DNA of 64,000 nt, taken from assembly GCA_976551045.1 (NCBI GenBank), contig CDPCPM010000262.1, forward strand, positions 1,426,001-1,490,000, read 5' to 3'. A model generated the notes under the pieces. It did not search any database, was not told the origin of the DNA, and was given only the letters and a program-made list of their open reading frames with translations. This stretch comes from Glaucostegus cemiculus. Its lineage: Eukaryota. The translations under genes and the position numbers were made by a program. Below are positions 53,899 through 64,000 of the stretch, one piece after another; position 1 is the stretch's first letter; each line of letters opens with the position of its first letter.

Positions 53899-53953
53899 GT
53901 TAAATTTCAAGATAATATAACGGAGCAGCTGTCTTTCATCCATCGGTTACAAG
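53899..53953 (+). CDS. GOLM2: GOLM2/CASC4 coding exon 3 (not in ORF track)
   Basis: tctttctctcctcaag| acceptor. 55 nt = VKFQDNITEQLSFIHRLQ+G (cf. recalled human VKLQNNISYQMADIHHLK). AAG|GTAAGA donor; phase 0-1. Confidence 0.92.
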
Positions 53954-55444
53954 GTAAGAATTGAAGGTTTGGAATTGTTTGGCCAACAGTAAATTAAGGT
54001 TTTGCTTTGCAGTGTTGTTTATTGCCCATAACTAATAATAATATGCTTAGGAGAAATAATATATTAACTGTGTTCCCAGTGGTATAGTGACTATGTGGAT
54101 AGATTTGTATTTCACAAAAGTATAAACACCCAATTTTCTTTAAAGAAAGCCAGCTATCAGTTAGTGTAACTGTCAGATTTTTTTCTGGAAGTTTAATGAG
54201 GTTTGTTGCCCTTTAAGGAGAGAAATGCACTTGCGCAGGAAACTTAATTTCAAGTCAACTTGAACTGTCCTACAGATGACTCCAGAAATGCAGTAGTACA
54301 GTTGCCTTCTCATGTGCCCCCTTGGCAGTTGATGCTGCCTTATCTCAAAAGCATGGCTGGAATGAGAAAAAAATCTGTATATTAATTTGCTAATTTATAT
54401 TAATTTATAAAAGGATTTTGTTATATTGTGTTAAAGGGAAAAACTAATAGGCTTACCTTGAGTGGAGGACACATTTGGTGGTTATTGTAGAACATAGAAA
54501 ACCACAGCACAATTCAGGCCCTTCGGCCCACAAAACTGTGCCGAACATGTCCCTACACCAGAAATTACTAGGCTTGAGCACAATGTGTGTTGAGCATATA
54601 AACTTTTTCATAGTTAAGAGTTTGATAAAAGTTCTCAATACAATACCAAAAGCGCCATCAAATAACCTGCTGCTCATTATCTGGATTAGAACTGCATTTT
54701 AAGATGTTGGCTGCGGTGAAATATTCTGCAGAAAGAATCAATGTGTTCAGGAGGAGTGAAAAGCGGGGATGAGTAGTGCAGGCATCAGGATTCAATATAT
54801 TTTCTGACTTCTTGACTTCAAAAGAAGCTTGTTATATATTTTTGGAATGTAAAGGTGCATAAACATACAAATTAGCTGGAGTAGGCCACTCAATCCCCTT
54901 TGAGCCTGTTCTGCCATTTAATATGATAATGGTTGATCTGACTGTAATCTCAGCTTCTTCCTATTAACCCATAATGATCTTTATCCCCCCAGAGTAACAT
55001 TTATAATATAGTTTTCAATATTTTCTCTGGAAGATATTAAGCTAACTGACTGTAGTTGTCTTTCTGTCACTGCCTCCTGCATGAATAAAGGAGTTGTGTT
55101 CACTATTTTCTAATTTAATTGAATTTTCCTGGAATCTGGGGAAGTTTGTTAAATTAAAACCAATGCATCAACTATCTCACTAACCAATTCTATGACCTTA
55201 AAATTGTGTTTTATTGATTCTGTATGATTGCTGACTAGTGTTAACTTCAATTTTTGCCAGCTTTTCACTAACCTTTAGCATAAATTCTGTTTGGTAAATG
55301 TATGGACGTGACTCCTCAGAACACAGTGCTTAATTTATTATTATGTGCTGGTTCATGCATGTGACAGTGTCTATACTTAATTATGACATGAAATATATTC
55401 AGAAAGGGCATGATTTTGCTGCCTTCATCAATACACATTATTAC

Positions 55445-56190
55445 CTATTCAAAAAACAGTAATCAGATTGGTCAGATAAGATCTGCTCTTGACAAAGCCA
55501 TGCTGGCTACCTCAGCCTTTCCAAGTGATCAGTAATCCTGCCCTCAGAATTTTTTTCCAATAACTTCCTTGCTACTGACGTTAGGCTCACAAGTCTGCAA
55601 TTGCTAGGCTTTTACATGCTGCCCTTCTTGATAAGGGGGAACGAGTTTGCTATTCCCCAGTCATCTGGTACTTTGTGACCAGCGAAGATTTAAAAAATCT
55701 CAGTCACAGCCCCAGCAATTTTTGCTTGCCTCCCCTGGCAGCCTGGGATAAATCTTTTCTGGTCCTTGGCATTTATCCATCTTTAAGCCCACTAAGGCAC
55801 CGGGTTCCATCTCTTTATATTTGGTAACTTGCACTAGAATTTCGCCTTCCCTTTCACTGAATCCTCCCACTACAAAGTCTACTTCCTTTGTGAATACTGA
55901 TTTTAAAAATATTCATTTAGCACCTCGTCTATACCTTCTGGTTCCACACACAGATTGTCCCTAATGGGCCCTACTCTTTCCCTAGTTATTCTTTTGCCCT
56001 TAATATACTTATAAAATGCCTTTTTTTTGGATTTGCCTTTTCCAGTGATATTTAGTGACTCCTCTTTACCTTCCTAATTTTCGTTTAGTGCTTCCCTATA
56101 CATTTTAATACTCTTGACAAGCCTCCCCTGTCTTTGGTTCTCTGTACTTGCTATATGCTATTTTTAGCTCTTTATCCAACCCTTTATCTC
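55445..56190 (-). mobile_element. Old CR1 LINE internal fragment
   Basis: Decayed SQHGFVKSR, NCRLVSLTSVAG and DWGIAN motifs on the minus strand. Confidence 0.7.
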
Positions 56191-57164
56191 TTGACAAGGC
56201 CACTGCTCATCTCCAATTGCCTTTGGTTAAGTGACTGGGCTGTTCCAATTGAGAGTTAACGAAAGCAGGCTGGTTTGGCCAAATCGTTTATCCTGTGATC
56301 CTGTGCTAAAATGCTGGAGACCTGGGTACTGTCTACCCTACCCTTTCAAATGTATGTCAGTGTGAGGTACTATGAGAGAAAATTGTTTTAGAAGAGAGCA
56401 AGAGCATTGAATAATATGGAATTATTTAGCAGCTTTGCCATCTGACGCATTCCAGGTTGCTTCCTTTTTCTACTCCACTGCCTGAATTGAGGGCTGCTGC
56501 ATTACAGATATACTCCTGGGATGTAAGTTTCTTCTGAATTCGCTGTTGGATTTCCTGGTGACCAACTGATATCAATGGTCTCTAGTTGTACTCTTTCCCC
56601 ATGTGGAAACACTCTTTCTATATCCGCTCTATTCAAACCTATTTTTAGCCTCCATTAGGACTTTTTTCCTCCTCCTGATGGGGTCTCAGATGTGAAACTT
56701 TAACTCTGTTTCACCTTCTACAGATATTTACCTCCTTGCCCCTTGCTGAGTGTTCCCAGCACTTTGTTTTTACTTAAACATCATTATTTTTATCGGACAT
56801 TGAGATCTCATCTTGGGGGTACACTGCACTCATTGTGTGCACCCATGCCTGTGATGGATGGTAGTGGCTATCATTACACAAGATTTGGTTGCATTTCACA
56901 ATCGTGAGCCATCGATGTATACAGGGTGAAAGTGCTACTTATGTACTTTCTTAACTTCATTTGGTGACAAATGTTTTTCTTGCAATGATGTGATATATCC
57001 TTACAAGGAGGATTCTTACTCCTACTCTGGAGGGTTTAAACTATGTGTGTGTGTAAAAGAGGGGTTGGAACCCAGAATGACAGCAAAGCACGTGGGCGTC
57101 AGAATCAAATGTAGAAAATAGAATAGGTAAGTCCAGTGGCCAGAGCAGACGGATGAAGTATGAA

Positions 57165-58966
<1,802 letters not shown>

Positions 58967-59769
58967 TAAAATCTTGATGTTTCTCTAATCCTTGGTCTTT
59001 TGTGCCAGTAGTAACAGAATTGGCAATTGAAACTGGGCTGTCTAAATTAAACAAAAATGTTTGTGACCCTTCAAATCATGCTTTATAGATTCTGTACAAT
59101 GATATTGACTAGTTTTCATTTTTATCATCTCAGGCAGAATCTGTGGAGAGAAGAACAGTGTTTTGGGTTGATGAAATTTCATCTGAAAGGTTATCTACTG
59201 AAGCGTTAATCCTGTTTGGCTTATGAGTATTTTTAATATTTGGCTATTTCAGATTTCTGGCATCTGTGATATTTTGCCTTTTAGATTACCCATTAGCAGC
59301 ACCATCGGACTTGAAGGCAAAGGATTCGGGGTATAACGTTTTTATACAAAGGATGTTGATGATACAAACCTCAATGTCTGGGATATCATTAGAAACAGTC
59401 AATAAAGGTTTTCAAAAGAGAATTAAGTGGGAACAAGAAAAATAACTTGGATCGAATGATGAAAGTATGTGGGAACAGGACTAGATAGTTGGCTGGCATG
59501 GAATTGAGGGTCTTCTGTGCTACAGCAATTTATGGATTAGACCGAAATAACTTGCTATTTGGGCAAAATGCATTGTCAATCAATGGCTTTCAGCTACAAA
59601 GTTTGTTAGGTGAAAAAGTTTGCTTCAGATGCATGAAAAACACAAATGTCCCACAAATGAATGGAATATTTAGTACAGGTAACTAGAATTTTTGAAGTAT
59701 TTGAGTTATTACCGTAAACTGGTATTAATGTAACTTGTACAGATCAACTTTTGGGTCATTTAAATACAT

Positions 59770-60250
59770 AGGGACATACAACATGGAAACAGGCCCTTCA
59801 GCCCAACTCGTCCATACCGACTGTTGCCCAGTGAGCTAGTCCCATCTGCCTGTGTTTGGCCCATAGCCCTCTGAACATCATCTGTCCATGTACTTATCTA
59901 GATGGCTTTTAAATGTTGCTAATGTGCCCACCTCAACCATTATTTCTGGCAGCTCATTCCAAATACGCACCACCCTTTGTATGAAGAAGCTGACCCTGAT
60001 GTCCCTTTTAAACCTCTCTCCTCTGATCTTAAACCTGCACCCTCTTCTTTTTTCCCCCCCTGGGGAGGGGTTGCTAAGTGCTTTCACCCTATCTATGCTC
60101 CTATCTGGTCACCCCTCATTCTTCCGTATTCCAGGGAATGAAGTTCTAGTCTACACAACCTCTCCTTGTAACTCAGGCCCCTAAGTCCTGGTAAATCTTT
60201 TCTGTACTCGTTTTAGTTTAATAACATCTTTCCTATAACAGGGTGACAAA
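59770..60250 (-). mobile_element. CR1 LINE 3' fragment
   Basis: FKRDIRVSFFIQRVVRIWNELPE. Confidence 0.85.
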
Positions 60251-62819
60251 AACAATTGTGCTTCAATACTTGTCCCTCCCAAGGAAACTAGTTTTGTATA
60301 GATTTTTAAGTATTATTTTTTGAGGTAAATGGACCAGATGCAATTGTCAGGATGAAATTAGTATAAACATGACTTGTTTTAACAATGCTCTTTTAACTCT
60401 TTGAAATGTCCTCCTTTGTTTCATTTAGTGTTAGTCTGGAAAGTCAGAGTTGCATTATTGTCCAAGTGATTATCTGTCTTGTCTGCACCACAGCAGATTT
60501 CTGGTTTGAGTTGCATTTATCCAGATTACCTGTCATTGTCTAATGTGAGTACATTCAAAGCTGCCAGCTGCTACATCATCTTGCCATTGCCAGCATCTTT
60601 TTAAGTCTGCCAGTTCTAATGGTTGCATAGCAACTGAGGCTGTAATCTCAGACATTGAAGCAAAGGGTCAGATTCATTCAAAGCCATGGAAAACATAGAC
60701 TGTAAATCAATAACATTGATGTGGCAGTTCTCAGTGCAGACTACAGCCTGGGAATATTTATAAAATAAATGTGACACCTATTTTCTTTGTGCAGTTACAA
60801 CTGTTAGATCACTAAAAAGATGATAAATGCAAAGAGGAAACATTTACAATCTTGCAGTTTTAGACAATCTTAGTGCAGTGTCACACTGTAGAATATCAAT
60901 AACAATTTTTACTGTCATGAAATTTTTGGTGTGTAGACAAAAAGGTATGTTAAACATGTATGAAAATAAAATAAGTGTTTTTAAAATGAAATTGCTGTTT
61001 GAATGAGTAAACTGCTAGCTTATTTTTGCTGGGCATGATAGTATGTTGTGAATTTACTCAGCAGCTCCTGTGCCTGAGGGGGTAGAAATCTAAAATAAAA
61101 CTAGAAAATGCTAGAAACACACAGCAGATCAGAGAAATAGAGTTAATGATTTGGGTCGAGAACCCTTTATCAGAACTGGGGACAAAGTGGAAAACAGTTT
61201 CAGTTCAAGTTATTGAGAGGATGGGGGAGGGAGAGGCTCTGAGTTTCCATTTGCTGTCACTTTAATACAAATCAAATCAGATGAGTTTATTGTCATACAT
61301 ACAAGGGTTCAATGGAATTCCTTGCTAGTGTGAAGCTTGGAGTAAACAGTATACACGGTAATAATAAGTACAGTGAGCACAAAACAACAATGGTGCAAAG
61401 ATTGTAGTGCACTCTGAAGTACTACAAGAAGAAATGCTAGTGACAATAACAGAATAACTGAAAGGTAGAATCAAGACTCTTACCAAACCTCAGCATTTCA
61501 CAGCTTTTATGTTCCTTCATGTTTTCTCATTGTCCCTGTAAATCTATCAACCAAATAACTACAACTATTACCATAGCAACCCTAGCCTTGTCCTATCAGA
61601 GATGTTCCCTTTGTCCCATCCGCTCCTCCTCCACTCACTGTCTCTTCCCACGGTTTACGCTTGATGTCCTGAGTGTTTCCAGCATTTTCTGAAACTAAAT
61701 TGATCATGTATGCCCACAGAGTATCAGTTTGTGTTGCCTTCACTTTTCCTACTTTGGCAGACCTATCTAACCATTCTTACAAGTCTGAATTGTGCTACAT
61801 TCTGACCCCATTGTTGCTGCTGTGTTTTCTGGCCGTGGGATCTTGCATTTAAGAGGATTGCCTGCGATGGTGCATGTGATCTTTCCTTCTAGACAGATAG
61901 GAAGATTTGTCTATTGTCTGAGGTGTCACCTAGTTACATTGGTAGTGATAGAAATGCAGGAAGGTTTGTCATTGTACCTTAATATGTCCAACACAACAAG
62001 CAAGTCAATGCATTATGACAAACTAGTAAATAGCTTTAGAGACTTTGGATTCCTTATATTATATTGAGGATAAAATTTGATATTAAGAGGTAAGGAACCC
62101 CTGTTGTTAATGTTATGCATAACTTTTCAAGTAAACAAACAGTTATGCCAACACTTCTGTCTGCCTTCTGTGTGAACAGCTAATCCCTCAAGTTCCTGCT
62201 TAAAACTGGAAAACCTAGAAATACAGGGCAGTCTTGATCTCTACATGGAATTTACCAGAGGGGGAGTTGTATAATCAACATTGTACAATGTGCGCAGAAT
62301 AAATAGGGCAGTGTGAAACTGTTTCTCCAAAGTGTTAAATGTTGGAAGGAGATCTGGGTTTTTAAACAGATTTCTGCTCGAAATGGATTACCCAATTTAG
62401 TAAACAACTGGGTTGCTAGCAGCTTTCTAAGATTTCAGAGGTCTTTTAGTGTTCATTACAATTTTATAGGTTTCTAGTATTAATGTTTCTTCCTCTGCAG
62501 TTTCTGCCTGGCTTGCTGAGTATTTCCAACATTCTCGTATTTCAGATTTCCAACTACAGCAGTATCTTGGACTTCAGCATTGTTGCGTTCTCCCTCCCCT
62601 CTTTGCATTCAGCTCCCACTTGCACCTGCTCCACAGTTCAGCTGTAATTAACAAGCCTGCAACACTACATATTGTCATTTGGCCTCTGTCTCCACCCTAT
62701 CACAGATTCTCCTTTATCTGCTACCCCTCATCCTCAGCTACATCATCAATGTTTGATCTCTTTTTCTTAATTCTGATGAAAAGTCCTGAAACATTAACCC
62801 CTACACTTGTCTCTGGAGC

Positions 62820-64000
62820 ATCTGGACAGGAAAGACACCTATGTTAGACTACTGTTTATTGACTATAGTTCTGCCTTCAAAGCTATAATTCCCAGCAACC
62901 TCATCTCCAACTCCTAAACATGGGACTCAACACCTCCCTTTGCAACAAAATCCTTGTCCTTCTGACCAACAGAATGTAATCAGTGAGGATAGGTAGCAAC
63001 ACCTCCTCCACTATTATCCTCAACACTGGTGCCTCCCAAGGCTACATCCTCAGCTCCTGATTTTTACAACCTATACACATGACTGCGTGGTCAGATTTTG
63101 CTGTAACTTCATCTACAAGTTTGCAGATGACACCACCATAGTGGACCATATCTCAAATAATGATGAGTCACTGTCACAGTCTATCACGAGTGCAACTCTC
63201 CCACCATTGAGGATGACTTCAAGAGATGGTGCTTCAAGAAGGCAGCATCCATCATTAAGCACCCTCACTATCTAGGACGTGCCCCCTTACTACCATTAGG
63301 GAGGAGGTACAGGAGTCTGAAGATCCACACTCAATGACTCAGGAACAGCTTCTTCCCTTCTGCCATCAGATTTGAGTGATCCATGAACACTACCTAACTA
63401 TTCTTTTTCACTATATTTTTGTAATTTATTGATTTTTTGTCTTTGCGCAGTACTGCTGCTGCAAAACAACAAACTTTGCATCCTATAAGACAGTAATAAT
63501 AAATCTGATTCTTCTGAGTCAGAATGTAGGAAGGAGATGGAGAACCTAGTGATGTGGTGTCATGATGACAACCTTTCCCTCAATGTCAGCAAAACAAAAG
63601 AGCTGTTCAATGACTTGAAGTTGGAGGGGGGGGGGGGTTGGTGCCCACTCCTGTTCACATTTTGGCACTGAGGCTGAGAGCTTCACGTTTCTAGGAGTGA
63701 ACATCACCAATTGCCTGTCCTGGTCCAATCTTTTAGATGCCACGGACAAGAAAGTCCACCAGCACCTCTACTTCCTCAGGAGGCTAAAGAAATTTGGTAT
63801 GTCCCTGGTTGACCCTTACCAATTTTTATCAATGCACCATAGAAAGCATCCTATCTGGATGTATCAAGGCTTGGTATGACAACTGCTGTGCCCAAGACAG
63901 CAAATGACTGCAGAGAGTTGTGGGCACAGCTCAGCACATCACAAAAAACAGCCTCCCCTCCATGGACTCTGATTATGCTGGCTGCTTTACTGAGGCAGCA
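62820..64000 (+). mobile_element. Rex1/Babar LINE (RT region to near 3' end) with a nested LINE 3' fragment at 63171-63521
   Basis: [39 protein letters not shown]; nested piece flanked by a TGAGTCA duplication. Confidence 0.88.

Noticed and set aside
60795-60807. GOLM2 exon 5
   Set aside because: Starts S-Y-N-C like the expected S-F-Q-C but stops immediately and lacks further similarity. The true exon 5 was not found in the window; kept only as a poison-exon candidate.

Overview
This is eukaryotic, repeat-rich vertebrate DNA; the repeat set suggests a cartilaginous fish (shark/ray), which is an inference. The only protein-coding gene I can support is the 5' part of GOLM2/CASC4 (type II Golgi membrane protein) on the + strand. 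It has a CpG-island promoter at about 28.2-29.2 kb and four coding exons (28772-28921, 42152-42322, 53899-53953, 58863-58965) that splice in frame and continue beyond the window. The rest is mostly decayed retroelements (CR1, Rex1/Babar, Tx1, Penelope-like, tRNA-derived SINEs) plus a Tc1 derivative and MITEs; the other ORF-track entries I could interpret are transposon debris, and none of the rest looks like a gene. Best second-look items: (i) about a dozen Penelope-associated minimal hammerhead-ribozyme motifs, one with an intact core; (ii) a 450-bp inverted copy of flanking DNA embedded inside a CR1 3' UTR, and a second templated insertion at the same CR1 motif; (iii) a fold-back Tc1 element made of two 3' ends; (iv) a 29-bp minisatellite rich in splice-donor/E-box motifs; (v) an apparently extra intron, uORFs and a candidate poison exon in GOLM2. 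All alignments were made by eye, repeat boundaries are approximate, and family names and human comparisons come from memory, not database searches.
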